From the NCBI GenBank assembly GCA_963848295.1, contig CAWKDB010000004.1, forward strand, positions 256,001 through 320,000: a stretch of 64,000 bases of DNA, given 5' to 3'. A program made the position numbers and the translations under genes. Shown here one piece after another: positions 33,598 to 45,286 of this stretch. Numbering within the stretch: the stretch's first letter is position 1; each line of letters begins with the position of its first letter. Source of the DNA: an uncultured delta proteobacterium. GTDB lineage: Bacteria; Myxococcota_A; Polyangia; Haliangiales; Haliangiaceae. The notes under the pieces are model-generated. The model saw only the letters and a list, made by a program, of their open reading frames with translations. It did not search any database and was not told the DNA's origin.

Positions 33598-35759
33598 TCA
33601 GGGAGGTGCCTGACATGAAGCGCTAAGTCCATCGAGTGCGCCAAGCAACCACGAGTCGTCGGGATTGAGGGACAGCAAGCGCTGATCGCCGCTTGCCGTG
33701 AACGCCGCGTTGCCAGAGTGCACTTGTCGATAAGACTGCATCGTCAGATCGGGCGCGCACGTGGCCGTGCAGGGAGTTGCAGCATGTGCTGTCTCCAAAG
33801 ACGCGAACAGCGAGGGATCATACTGAAATCGGATCCGTGGATCGCTGGGGTTCACCGCGTAGCGAAAGCCCCGCACGAAGACGTTTCCGTCGATCTCGAT
33901 CCTTGGCCATGCGAACAGCTCGTCGCTTGCCTTCGCGAACCCCATCGCAAGTCCGCCTCCAACGCCGGCCGTGGAATTGCCCTGGTGTTTGATGATGTCC
34001 CACATCACGCTGCCGAACGCATGGAACGAATGGCCAGGTGGTTTCGATTGCTCGATCGCGTCGCACACGATCGGGACGTACTCAGTCGCGCCGGTGACAA
34101 CATAAGACCGCTCGCCAGGACGCGGGCGCCACACCGAGATGTCCCCGTACGAGTGTTCGATCGCACCTTGGCGTTCTTCGCGACGTGAAAGGCGAACAAC
34201 GAATCGCACGGCTTGTGGATCACAGGAACCTGGCCACGTGATTCGCGATCAGCTTCGGGTCCTCCTGAAACATCGCGAAGGTTGCGCAGAGGGCCGTGTC
34301 GCGCTCTTCGACGGTCTTGTAAAAGCGATTGTGGGTGGTTCGTTTCTTGGTCACTTTCCAGACACCTTCAATCGCATTGAACTCGGGCGAATAGGGCGGC
34401 AGTCGGAACAGCTCGATGCGATGGCGGTTCTCCTTTAGCCACAGCTTTCCGTCTTCCTTGAGATTGTGGCAGGGACCGTTGTCGATGATCAGGAAGATCT
34501 TGCGCCGGGTTCGAGCAACGACCTGCTTGAGGAAGTCGAAGAACGTGAGTCCGTTGAAGACGGGCGCAAACTTGTAGTGGAACCGTGGTCGTTGCTCGAG
34601 CGTAACGACGCCGAAGACGTGCGCCGTCTTGCGCATGCCGAACGTGTCTACGCGGGGCTGGCAGCCAACTCGGGACCACGTTTGGTGGAGCGTCCCGTCG
34701 AGCCAGAAGCTGGCCTCGTCGCCGAAGGCAACGACGCCGCGGCACTGGCGCGCTTTTTTTAATCTTCGGCAAGGTCTCTCGCAGCCACGTGGCCTGCCGC
34801 GCAGATCGGCTCGGGCCAGCCGTTTACGCGGCCGCTGGACCGAGAACTTGAGTTGGTGCAGGAGCCTCGGCACGTGATGATTGTGATAGCGAACGCCGAA
34901 CCGCTCCTCGATCAGGTCGCCGATCATCGGACCGGTCCAGACACCGGACTGATAGCCTGCCTGCATCGGGCCCAGTTCAATGATGATCCCCAGAGCCTCG
35001 CGTTGCTCGTCGGTGAGCTTCGGCGCAGGGCCTTCGGCAATCGAAGTCCGAAGCCCCTCAACGTGATCGACGTCGTACCACTGGAGCCAGCGATTGACGG
35101 AGCCGCGTGTGATGCCGAAGTCGACCGCGATGTGCGTGACTTTTCGTCCATCGATGTATGCACGAACAGCACGGCCCCGACGCCATTCGCCGAGGTCGTT
35201 CTTGAGTTGCGCTTCGACGATAAAATCGTCGAGCTGTTTGAGCTGCGTGCCACGGCGACGCGAGCGACGAATTGCCTTGCCTGGTTGAGATCGAGCCACG
35301 ATCGCCGCACGATGATCCTCTCGGGATCCTTCGTCAATAGGCGAGGATCTCAGCCTGTGCGATCTGTTTAGACCTGGCGTGTTGTCGCTGAAGAATCCCG
35401 CGAGGATCAAGGTTACGTCGCGAACATCTGAGTTCGCGAAGACTTGTTGGAATTCTCCGAAGATCGCCTCGAGGTGCATTCGGAATGGCGTCGGCCCACA
35501 GCGAGTGGCGCTTCCCGACTTTTCGTCGGTGCGCGTGATACCAGGTAATAAATGGACGCGCGGCTTCGACGGCCATCACGAAGGGAATTAAGTCACCCGA
35601 GGCGACGGCCGCACTCCGCTCGCTCAATGTCACGGCCTTAACAGAGTTGTCGAGGCGCTTGCCTTCCGAGGTGAGGCGCGAGTCCGCCATCAGAATCACC
35701 TGCGAATCGTCGGGATTCTGGTCCGCAGGTCGAGATGCGAAACCCAACGCGAGTGTCAT
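33598..35759 (-). pseudogene. Proteasome-beta/Ntn-hydrolase-like gene interrupted by IS630
   Basis: 5' part MTLALGF...VILMADSRLT...KAVTL...AVASGD...LILAGF (35759-35370); 3' part ...VTGATEY...TAGVGGGLAMG (about 34190-33598). Confidence 0.6.
34195..35369 (-). mobile_element. IS630-family insertion sequence
   Basis: HTH (SVNRWLQWY...GL), WTGPMI...RFGVRY and DDE motifs FGDEASF, IIDNGPCH, LPPYSPEFNAIEGVW. Imperfect IRs aacagatcgcacaggct / aacgaatcgcacggct; TA at one end. Boundaries approximate. Confidence 0.9.
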
Positions 35760-35935
35760 CTAGGCCACGTTATCGTACGTCCGTCCCGAAGACTTGCATT
35801 TCCCGCTCGACGCCACGAATGAAATGTTGCCGAGCGGTCTGTTGCCCGACGAGGCAACGTCGCCACGCAGGACGACAGAGCATGAGCTCAGCACAGCGGG
35901 CCCCAGGACGACGACGACGCGTGCGCCGGAGCAAG

Positions 35936-36790
35936 CTATGCATGTGCCGCAAGAAGCGGCGCTAGCCGATCGATCTCTCTCGACACTTCGTGAGCAATCT
36001 CTTCGGGGATGCTGAGCACGATCGTGAGCGTCGCATTGTACGGCGTACCCGGCGGCGCGCCTGCGAGCGCGCGGCAACCTTCTTCGAACACGCGATCGAT
36101 TTCGCTCGGAACGTTTTCGACAGCTAGCTGTGCCTGGCTCATGAACTTCGGAAGGAGCTCGAGGATCCGGTCCGTCTCTTTCGACGCGCAAGTTGTGTGA
36201 ATCCACTCGAGGCCCCATCGGACTAATCGCCGGTAGAGGTCCCCGACACGGTGAGCTACGTACTCCAGCAGCTCAGGGTCGCCAGGTTGTCCCGGTGGAC
36301 CTAGGCCATCGGCGAGACTGTTTCGATGAGACGGGTGAAGGTCTTCAGCGCTGAGGTCGCGTCGTGCATCGACGACCGGATCGCCTGGGGCAACTCAGGA
36401 GGTTGGAGCACCCGTGGCACACTCACGACGATGCCGTACTTCAGGTCTCGCGCTTCGTCACGACTGCTAGCGATCTCGTCGCGAAGTAGCTGGCCGAATA
36501 GACGATGCGACCACCCGAGTGAGCGCTCGGCCACGATCCGCGCGGCCTCGATGCTGATCGTGCGCCCGTTCAACGTCGGCGTGGCCTCTTTGGAAGGGCG
36601 CTCGCCGATGTTTTCCTGAACGTAGGCCTCGTGCTGTCGCTTCCAAGAACCCAGTACTTCGACAGTGTACCGAACCACGTCGCGATCGACCTGGGTGGCG
36701 TGTGTCGCGCATAGCCAGATCCCGTTCTCTACCGACGACCGCCCCTCGCTCGTCATTTGACCGTCGAAACGAGGTCCTCGAACTCCGCAA
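35936..36790 (-). pseudogene. HNH-domain protein, 5'-truncated and frameshifted
   Basis: GPRFD...RSSVENGIWLCATHATQVDRD..RYTVEVLGSWKRQHE, followed by a helical domain continuing through 36142-35936. Confidence 0.65.
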
Positions 36791-36816
36791 TCGTACCATG
36801 CGCTAGCGTAGTTACG

Positions 36817-37010
36817 TGGAGCGGTCTCACTGGATCGAGCGCATCGCCCGCGCACGCGCCAACCATAACGTGGTGTGGCTGGCAGGCGTTCGGCGCGTTG
36901 GCAAGACGACCCTCGCCAAGGCCCTGCCGCACGCGCGCTACTTCGGCGCATAGGCCACGTGCAACTGCGACGTCGCTGACCCCGACGTGCTCGAGGCGAC
37001 GTTCCTCGAA
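36817..37010 (+). pseudogene. Remnant of an AAA_14/DUF4143-family ATPase
   Basis: VVWLAGVRRVGKTTLAKAL Walker A, followed shortly by a DVLEATF fragment; most of the gene is missing. Confidence 0.55.
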
Positions 37011-37288
37011 GACTTCCACGCGTTCGATCCGGTCGAGCGCTCGCTGCCGCTCACGCCGGACGTCGGCGGTCTGCCCGACGAGGCCACCGTCGCCGACCTG
37101 GTGCGGGCGACGCTCGCGCGGGGCGGCCGAGCAGCGTCCGCGTCGCCCGGACGGACGCCGAGCGGAGGGCAGCTGTGATGGCTGCAGCGGGGGCCCGGCG
37201 GACCGCGCGCATGGTCGGGTAGCCTGGCGAGCTGACTCGCCGGGCTACCCGACCGCACCCATATCGGCGTCGATCACCCAGCCGATAG

Positions 37289-37714
37289 TCACTGCCCTGC
37301 CATGAAGACGAGCGGGTAATCGACCACAGCTCGCTCGTCGAACCGCGCGCCGGCGGGCACCGCGAACGCGAGGATCTGCTCGCACACACATGCGTCGACC
37401 GTCGCGTCGAAGCCGCGGATCGCGACGTTGCCGACGGCACCGGCGCGATCGACCTGAAACGACTCGTAAAGGTCGCCGCCGACGCCCGGCTCGCGCGCCA
37501 GCAGTTGCTGATAACATGCCAGGATCGGACGATGGCGCTGGCGCATCAGCTCGCGCACGGGATCGGGAAACGTCGTCGGCGGCTCGGGGGGCAGTGCGGG
37601 CGGAGATTCCTCGGCGAATCCTTCGAGTCTCGGCGGTACATAGGTCGGAGCGAATGAGCGCAGCGGCGGCACACGCGGACCACAGCGCGTCACACCATCG
37701 GCGTCGCGAACCAC
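37289..37714 (-). CDS. AgmX/PglI C-terminal domain protein (5' end uncertain)
   Basis: ILACYQQLLAREPGVGGDL...FQVDRAGAV...VDACVCEQI...VVDYPLVF. Confidence 0.65.
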   Translation of the reverse strand: MVRDADGVTRCGPRVPPLRSFAPTYVPPRLEGFAEESPPALPPEPPTTFPDPVRELMRQRHRPILACYQQLLAREPGVGGDLYESFQVDRAGAVGNVAIRGFDATVDACVCEQILAFAVPAGARFDERAVVDYPLVFMAGQ

Positions 37715-37768
37715 TTACGAAAACAAAGAAGGCCTCGCATCTGCTCACGAGACCCTTCGTTTCCTGGT
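37714..37768. repeat. att-like direct repeat (left copy), downstream of the tRNA-Ala fragment
   Basis: cttacgaaaacaaagaaggcctcgcatct...acgagacccttcgtttcctggt, repeated at 62418-62470. Confidence 0.85.
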
Positions 37769-37815
37769 GGAGCCAAAGGGGGATCGAATCCTGACCCCTA
37801 GAGTGCGATTCCAGG
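37765..37815 (-). pseudogene. 3' half of tRNA-Ala(CGC), an integration-site remnant
   Basis: Minus strand CCTGGA-ATCGCAC-TCTAGG anticodon arm, GGTC, a degenerate T-arm TTCGATC and GGCTCCACCA end; no 5' half or D-arm. Confidence 0.75.
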
Positions 37816-37991
37816 CGGCTTGGGGCCATTCCGCGAACTTAGGAGCCGCCGACGTTACCAGGTTCGAGGGAGCTTCGTGGAACGCCGAGCCCTACGAGTG
37901 GGTCTCGATCAGAAACACGCGCTCGGTAACATCGATCGGCTGTCTCGCCCTTCGTTTCTGGGGCAGCCAACCAACTGAGCGATCGGCTCCG

Positions 37992-38929
37992 TCAGAGCAT
38001 AGAGATGGACATCACGATCGGTTGATCGGCCAATTCTTCGGAGACGCCGCCGCTAAGCGATCGCCCCTCTCGGGCCAAGGCGACGACAAAGTTCCGCTCA
38101 GAAAATTCCGACCGGAGTTCGTACAGGAAGCTACCGGTAACATGATAGTGCAGCTGACCGAGGAGCATCGGGTCCTCATCGGCTGGTGTCAGCTCGAGAC
38201 CGAGCTGCAACGATTGTCCGTAACGCGAGGCGAACTCGGCGTCCGGTAGCAGCTTTTCGATATCAACGAAGAAGCTGGTTCGTGGACGCGGCGGTGGCAT
38301 CGAGACGGATGCTTCGCCTTGCGTGGACACGACCCGACTCGTTTCCCTCGGCGCGAAAGTTAATGCCGACAGTCGGCGCTTCGAGAACAGCAATGGCAAC
38401 GAGACCTTCAGGAAGCTGAAAACGAAGTTGCACATGATGGAGCTGATGCTTACTTGTGGAGCGGATCACCACTTCGTGGTCGCGGTACAGCGCTGTCTCT
38501 TTGCTCGTCACGACCTCCTGTCCAAAGACGAAGAGCCCCGTGTTGGTTTTGAACTTGATCTGCGGCAAACCAGGAACGAAGTCTCCGCTCCGCAGCCACT
38601 CGTCGTGCTCACGTTTCCATGTGCGAAGGAGCGCAGGAGGGAATGCGGCTTCGTCTCTATCGACGATGTCGGCGCACGGGCCACAGAGCCAGATGCCGTT
38701 GGAAAAGGCTGAACGCTCGGGCCGGGCTTTGGCTGGCATCGTATCGTGCACCACCTGGGGAAGCGCCAAGTATGTGCGCCGCTCGCCCGGTCTTTATCGA
38801 TGCGGCCTCATCAGAAAGGCTAGGCAAGATTGTCCGCGTTCGACAGCGGGGGCGCGAGCAGAGAAAGGCGGCTCGCTCACGGAGTAAGCGAATTGTCAGC
38901 TGACTAAAGTTGTCTCGTGGCAGCGACAC
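37992..38929 (-). CDS. HNH-domain protein (frameshifted)
   Basis: RDNFSQLTIRLLRERAAFLCSRPRC...AAHILGASPGGARYD...NGIWLCGPCADIVDRD...LRTWKREH, then an unknown C-terminal domain. Confidence 0.75.
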
Positions 38930-38985
38930 GTGGCCATTCTACGCCGCAGTTGGCTACGACTAGAGGTCGATGCCATAATGCGGCG

Positions 38986-39812
38986 ATGGGGTCGGAGGTG
39001 AGTGAAGAGGGCGGTCCTGTGGCCACCGCGAACCCAAGAGCGGTTGACGCTCAGGATGACCGACTGATCGCCTTGTGGAAGGAACAGGAGGCGATCGCGA
39101 TGCACTTCAACGACCTCATCGCGCGCTTCAGAATCCAGAGCGCTCGGCGGTACCGCCGCGATCGGTGCCGTCGGTGCCCTGGTCACTGAAGCTTACCGCC
39201 AAGACGGGCGGAACTGTGCCAACAGTCGCGTGGACGATTTTCGCTCTGATGTCGTTCTTGTTTGTCGCGTGGACTGCGCTTTGGATGCTCGACTATGGCT
39301 ACTACCAGCGGCTTCTCGGTGGCGCGGTGCGGACGCTACTCGATTTCGAAAAAACGTTGCCCTCGTACGCTGCGCGAGTAAGCACTCGCATTGAAGAGAA
39401 CTTCAGGACCGCGTATCACGGCCATTTTTGGTTCTATGCATTGATACACGGTGCGCTCGGGATGCTCGCGATGTTCGCTCTATACGACGCGGCCGGATGG
39501 GGAGGCTGGCTTGCTCTCGGAATGACCGTCATCGCAGGATGGACGACCGCTGTGCTATGCAACGTCTGGCCGTCGTCGGCTTCAAGAGCGAAGGCCGCAC
39601 TGGCGCGAACCGAGTTCGTGGCTAACAAGATCGTGGAGGTGGCTGAAGCACGGTCCGCTGCGATTAGAAAAAAGGCAGAAGCGAAGGCTGTAGCGAGAAC
39701 AACAAAGGCGAAGGCGAAAGCAGATGCAGCGCAGACGGCGCGCCTGGCCCTCGATGAAGTCCGAGCACAGAGGGAGCGCGCGAAGGAGCTAAAGCGCGAC
39801 GACCGGGCGTAG
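38986..39812 (+). CDS. Multi-TM hypothetical protein with C-terminal coiled coil (frameshifted near 39150)
   Basis: LIALWKEQEAIAMHFNDLIARFR, then TM segments WMLDYGYYQRLLGGAV. Confidence 0.6.
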
Positions 39813-39904
39813 AAGTGATCCGCGAGCTCTGTTGGGTGGGTCGTTGCACTAGCAGAGCGAGAAGCGTCGCTCTTGCGAAAGGATCTCAACGATTCCATTG
39901 GAAT

Positions 39905-40515
39905 ATGCGCTCTCGCTGCTGGCCAATCGACAGGGCGCGCGCCCTGTTATTTCTCGCAAGCACAAAGCGAAGACTGGAGCGCCAACTCACGGTAGCTGCC
40001 GACTTGCGCGCGCAGCTGACGGCTGAGTATCGAGAGCTGCTGTTCCAACAAGGCGACGCTCTCGCGCTTGGAAAAGAGCTGCAAAGCTCGCCTGACGATC
40101 TCGCCGATGTCTTCTCGATGTGTCGGCGTGGGAGTGACTTCCTGTTGCTTGGCGATCGGGGACGCGCTGAGGAGTGGTATCGTGACGCCCTCTCTCGCTC
40201 TAGCACCGGTGATGAAAAATACTCCGCGCTGTGGGGACTCCGCCCCGAAGCTCGAAATACGGCACTCCGCGCGAGACTCGAACGTGATCGTGGTTGCTGA
40301 ACTGCCCTGATCGCGACGTCGACGACGTCGCGGATCGACTCGTCCAAGATCAACTACGGTGGCGACGCTTCTGCGGAGAAAAGTGCGCTCGAGAGTTCTT
40401 CGCCGCTGAACACTTCGAGATGGTCGAGACGTTCAGCTCGTGTGACTACTGCGCGGTCCGAGGCCCGGCCGCGCTGATGCGGTGCCCGAGTTGCGGAGCC
40501 GCGCGACAGAGCTGA
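39905..40515 (+). CDS. Hypothetical TPR-like/Zn-ribbon protein (fragmented)
   Basis: LGDRGRAEEWYRDAL; C-terminal CDYC...CPSC in ORF 40294..40515. Confidence 0.35.
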
Positions 40516-40614
40516 CGGGGTGAGCAACGTTTGCTATGGCGATCTCTGTCGCGTCATTGGTACCGAGATCTTCCGCGACGATATTACGGAACCGTACTAA
40601 ACCAGACCTCTTAG

Positions 40615-41779
40615 ATGGACACGAGGGAGCGCATCCTGCTTCCGTTGCACGACGCGACGTCCGGTCTCGAGATGACGTCGCCCCGCTGTTCTTGCATCTT
40701 CTACTCTTCGAAAGCGTGATCCTTCAGTCGATCAGGCTCACCGATGTTGCTGCGCTCGTTCGAGCCATCGGCGCTGAACAAACGATCGAGTCCTGGACTC
40801 GGGGTGCGTTCACATTCGGGTCACGCCCGAGACGCTCGGGTACCCGGACGATCCCGATTGGAGTGCGGGTTCGTGACCGTCGACATATCGGATCCGGAGG
40901 CGGATCTGAGCGCCGCGATGCACGATGCGTTCGGCGTGTTGGCCCTCCCGAAACCGATCCGGAACAAGCTCAAGCTCGCGGTGGTACGCCGATGTCTTCG
41001 TGGTGGTTCGACACCGCACGGACGGGTGGCGATCGACGATGCGCTCGTCGAGATCACAGGTCAGTCGGCTGCATTTCTCCGGGCCATTCAGCGCTCTGCG
41101 GAAAAATACGCCCCGGGATTGGTTGTTCCGCCGGGCGCGATTTCGTGTGAGATCGACGACCCACTGACCCACCAGCTGCGCTACACCGCCAAAGGGCTTG
41201 CCGACACCCGCGGTGGTCGCCGAGGTGGTTCGCCGAGCGAGCCTCGCCGTGGCGTCTCTGAATGCAGAGCTAGGTCGCATGGAGCGCGATAACGCCGTGA
41301 CCGCACTCGACGACGAATCGACCGAGTTGATGGGAGCAAGGATCAACGCTCTGTGGCAAGGCTTCGACCCGACGGAGGGTGCCGACTCGTTCGCGCGACT
41401 CGTAACGCTGCTCGACCTACCCAGCTTCGACGACGGGATCCGGGACCGGAGCCTGAACGTAGAACGGTTTCTCGAGTTACGCTCCACCGACGAGTGCCTG
41501 AATTTTCGGGCATTCTTACACAGCGCCGGGACTCTAAGTGACGCCGAGCTACGCGCGCGAGCAACAAGCCTTCGCGCTCGGCTCGGCAACATCGTTCAGA
41601 GCGCTCCAGGGCGAATACTCCGATTCTTGGCGACGGCAGCGATAGGAGTTAGAGCAAGGGAAGCGTCAATTGGGGTCGCGGTGGGTGCCGGCGATTCGTT
41701 TCTGTTGGAGAAGCTGTTCCCGCGTTCCGGCATCGTCACATTCGTCGGGAAACAGTACCCATCGCTCTTCAAGGAATAG
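40615..41779 (+). CDS. Hypothetical protein (several frameshifts)
   Basis: Coherent coding pieces across ORFs 40536, 40744 and 41198, ending ...GDSFLLEKLFPRSGIVTFVGKQYPSLFKE. Confidence 0.55.
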
Positions 41780-41985
41780 CCGGGCTGGTTCTACCCAGGC
41801 TGCATTCGAAGGCTCTCGAGGTTTGGGGGCGCGACTCCGCGCACCTGCGGCAGTGGGAGGCATTGACATGGTCCGCGGGAAACGATTTAGCTTTCAGCTA
41901 TCGACAATCACCGAACTGGCTGAAGGCGATCTTTCGTTCTATCATTGCCGGCCGTAGGGCAACGCCAGCCAAGGGGGAGGACTAG

Positions 41986-43024
41986 ATGACGGAATCTCAG
42001 AAGGGGAAGGACGCGGCGAACGAGACAAAGGCGCCTAAGAGTGCCGACCTCAATGAGCAGCTCCGCCAAGATGCGCGCGAGCTACGCGCGGTCGCCGAGA
42101 AGTACATCGTCGAAGAAGGCCGCGTGATCACGCGCGCGACGATCCCGCCCAAGATAAGGGCAGAACGATATCGCCGTGCAGGGGCCCATTCATGGGTCCC
42201 TTTTTTTATACTCGACGAATGTCTGCATTGGCGAAGCGGGTTGGGGTCGAGGTCGCGAGGCGGCCTTCGCAGGAGTTGGTTGTGCAGAGCGGCACCGACC
42301 TTGCCGAGTTCAACAGCGGCGTCAGCGAACTCCTCAGCGAGATAGCTCCCGATGATAAATCACCCAGGTTAACGCCCGAGCTGCTAGCGAGCGTCGAGGA
42401 GATCGCAAAGGTAAGCAACTCGACCCACTGCTCGAAGCGATCGCATCGGTTTGCGCGGTTCATCTCGACGAGCCGGGCCAGGTAGTCGACGTCAATCTGA
42501 TGGTGCCGCTCAGAGACAAGGCGACGAGCTGGCCGCTGTGTGAGCAGAACGTGAACGCTACGAAGGCCTTCGGCCGCGATGTTCACAATCGGGCAGACGA
42601 GATCCTTCGGATCCACACGAGTACCAACTCGGGCTACGACGGGTTCTGGTTGCCGGTCTTTAGCGCGGTCTCTGCACACATGCCGGGGGCTGCGAAGGCG
42701 TTTCGTAACCAAACGCCTCAACGCATTTTCACGCGGCACGTCGGTAGCCATCATTTTGGCGACGCCCACGCAACCGAGGATATAGCGCGTGTGATCGCCT
42801 ATCTGGCCAACGTCCCGTTCCAAGTCTTTCTAAGTTTTCCGATCGTTCGGGATCACGACACTATCGGCGTCATCAACGTCAACATCGAGCAGGACGAACT
42901 CAAGCTCTATAACCGCGCCGAGTTGTTGAGGTTGCATCACACACTGAGACCATTCCTTGTTGCCGTCGAGGCAACTCTCGATCAACTGGCGCTCGATGCT
43001 CCGGCGCCAACGCCGCCCGCTTGA
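41986..43024 (+). CDS. Hypothetical protein with C-terminal GAF-like domain (frameshifted)
   Basis: SD GGAGG; C-terminal FLSFPIVRDHDTIGVINVN resembles GAF strands; TGATG overlap with the next gene. Confidence 0.5.
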
Positions 43025-43860
43025 TGTCGCACTACATTCGCAGCGCCTCCGATTTCGCCCAAGCGATCAAGAAGGGCGTAACGATGGAGAGCAAGGTCCT
43101 GGACTTCAAGCGAACCATCAACAACTGGAACGCCCCGAAGTCCGCGCCGGATCGTGTCCGGCAAGACGCACAGATGGAACTCTGTCGCGACATCACGCAA
43201 TTCGCGAACACGGATGGCGGTTGCCTCGTCGTCGGCGTCGATGAGACTGCGAACTCCGACGGTGTCAAGGTTGCTGGCGAGACGGTTTTCGTCAGCGACG
43301 GCGAAGGAATGCGAGCCTGGATCGAGCAGGCTGTCGCGAACTACTGCGTGCCGGCGACGTTTTCCATGGACGTGCATTCGGTCAAGCTTCTCGCCGGCAC
43401 CATCTTGACGGTGAACGTTCCGCCATCGATGGCCACGGTATACATTTGGGACCGGCACGCGAAGACGATCGAGGTCCTCGCGCGCACCAGTTTTGGCAAG
43501 GCTTGGTTGAACCCCGGAGAGTTGGAACGTCACATCATGAACGGGTCGAGAGCGGCGCGCCTTTCATTCGAGGAAGTGATGTCCGAGGCCAAGTCAAGAC
43601 GCGTCGAGGACGTTGAACTCGTCGGCGGTGTACAACGTCTCGCCGGTCGAGCGATCGGCCCGCTCGTCAACGGCCCGGTTCGAATCGGCATGATTCGTCC
43701 GACAACGTTCGACCTCATGATCCCGATAACCGGTGCCGGTGTCGTTGCGTTGACCGTGCCATTCGGCCTGCTGCGAGAGGTATGGCTAGATGCGTCGAGT
43801 CTGATCCACGTGATGCTTCACGTCGCAGTCCATTGGAACGATCGTTTTTCATTCCGTTAA
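43024..43860 (+). CDS. Schlafen/AlbA_2-domain protein
   Basis: ESKVLDFKR...ELCRDITQFANTDGGCLVVGVDE signature, plus a novel C-terminal domain. Confidence 0.88.
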   Translation: MSHYIRSASDFAQAIKKGVTMESKVLDFKRTINNWNAPKSAPDRVRQDAQMELCRDITQFANTDGGCLVVGVDETANSDGVKVAGETVFVSDGEGMRAWIEQAVANYCVPATFSMDVHSVKLLAGTILTVNVPPSMATVYIWDRHAKTIEVLARTSFGKAWLNPGELERHIMNGSRAARLSFEEVMSEAKSRRVEDVELVGGVQRLAGRAIGPLVNGPVRIGMIRPTTFDLMIPITGAGVVALTVPFGLLREVWLDASSLIHVMLHVAVHWNDRFSFR

Positions 43861-43935
43861 GCTCAGAATCTAGTCCGTCAAGGACGACATCAGCGGAGCG
43901 AGATCTCGGGCACTGGAAGTCCTTGCGAGTCCTAA

Positions 43936-45263
43936 GGGGCCGCGAATGCAGAAGTCGGCCGGTCAACGTAGCTCCTTGCGCGGCTTGATGACGTAGTTCC
44001 AGTCGCCGTGGAAGTCGTCCCGCTCGATCTTCAGCGCGCGAAGTTCCTTGGCAGAGACCTTCTTGCCGGTCGGGTACTTGCGACGGTCGAGCCGGGCGCG
44101 GACGACGAGGCCGCCGCGGTTGGTCGTGTTGCCGATGAGATTGACGACCGTCTCGTAGGTGCGCAGCGGTCGGCCGCGCCAGTTGATCGAGATGAACGAG
44201 AACAGGCGATGCTCGACCTTGTTCCACTTGCTGGTGCCCGGCGGGAAGTGGCTGACGTGGATCGCGAGGTCGAGCTTGTCGGCGACGCGCTGCAGTTCGT
44301 GCTTCCACACGTGCGAGCGATAGCCGTTGCTGCCGCCCGCGTCGGCGGTGATGAAGATCTCGCGCGCCTCGGGGTAGCGCTTCGCGCCGACCTGCTTCCA
44401 CCACGCCTCGATCGACGTGACCGCGAACACCGGCGTGTCGTGATCGACGCCCACGCTGACGAAGCCGTCGTTGGCGCCGACGTCGTAGACGCCGTACGGG
44501 ATCGCCTTGCCGATCGCGTCGCGCGGGAAGTCGTGGACGTCGACCAACTCGGGCTCGCCCTTCGGCTGCCACTCGCGCCCGCCGTTCTTGAAGTTGCCGA
44601 CCAGCTCCTTCTTCTTCGTGTCGACGGAGATCACCGGAACGCCGCGCTCGAGGCAGTCCTCGGCCTTCGCGTTGATGTGCTCGAACTGCGCGTTGCGATC
44701 CGGATGCTGCGCGCCTTCGACGGACTTGTTCGGCGCCTGCAGGCTGTAGCCGTGCTCGCGGAGCAGCTTGGCGACCGTCTTGTCGCTGATGCGGATGCCG
44801 TGCTGCGCGAACAACTCGGCCGCCAGCACGTGCGTGCTCTTGCACGTCCAGCGCAGCGGCGACTCCGGATCGCCCCGCGTCACCGGGTCGACGAGCTTCT
44901 CCAGCGCAGGCCACACCTCGGGATGCGCGACCTCGAACGGTCGCTTGCCGCTCCTGCGTCGAACGTTGACGACGTCCTCGGGTCGCGCGCCGCCGCGAGC
45001 CTCGTCGCGTCCCTTGCGCACCGTGCTGATCGCGAGGCCGGTCGCGCGCGCGACCGCAGCCACGCCGCCCTAGCCGATCGCGTCGGCCTCGGCACCCGCC
45101 CACAGCCGCGCGCCGCTCGTCCATGGTCGCCTTCAGCAGGCGCCACTTCTGGCGAACCGACTTCTCCGCGTCCACACCGAACGTAGATCACGCCGCTGCG
45201 TCCTGTCGATCCCCTGCGATCCATTTCGATCGCGGTTCGATCGACTCGACCATTCGCGGGCCC
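43936..45263 (-). mobile_element. ISAzo13-family IS (transposase about 43963-45175, damaged at its 5' end)
   Basis: TRGDPESPLRWT, HPDRNAQF, ISVDTKKKELVGNFKN, PPGTSKWNKVEHRLFS. IRs ggggccgcgaatg / cattcgcgggccc; TAA flanks both ends. Confidence 0.93.
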
Positions 45264-45286
45264 TAAGCGAGATCTGATGCTGGCGC

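Noticed and set aside
37765..37850. Intact tRNA-Ala gene
   Set aside because: The 5' acceptor strand and D-arm are absent and the T-stem is mismatched; it is an att remnant.
45070..45072. In-frame TAG in the ISAzo13 transposase (also TAG at 36301) as possible recoding
   Set aside because: Neither is at a catalytic position, both lie near indels, and there is no pyl context; error or decay is more likely.
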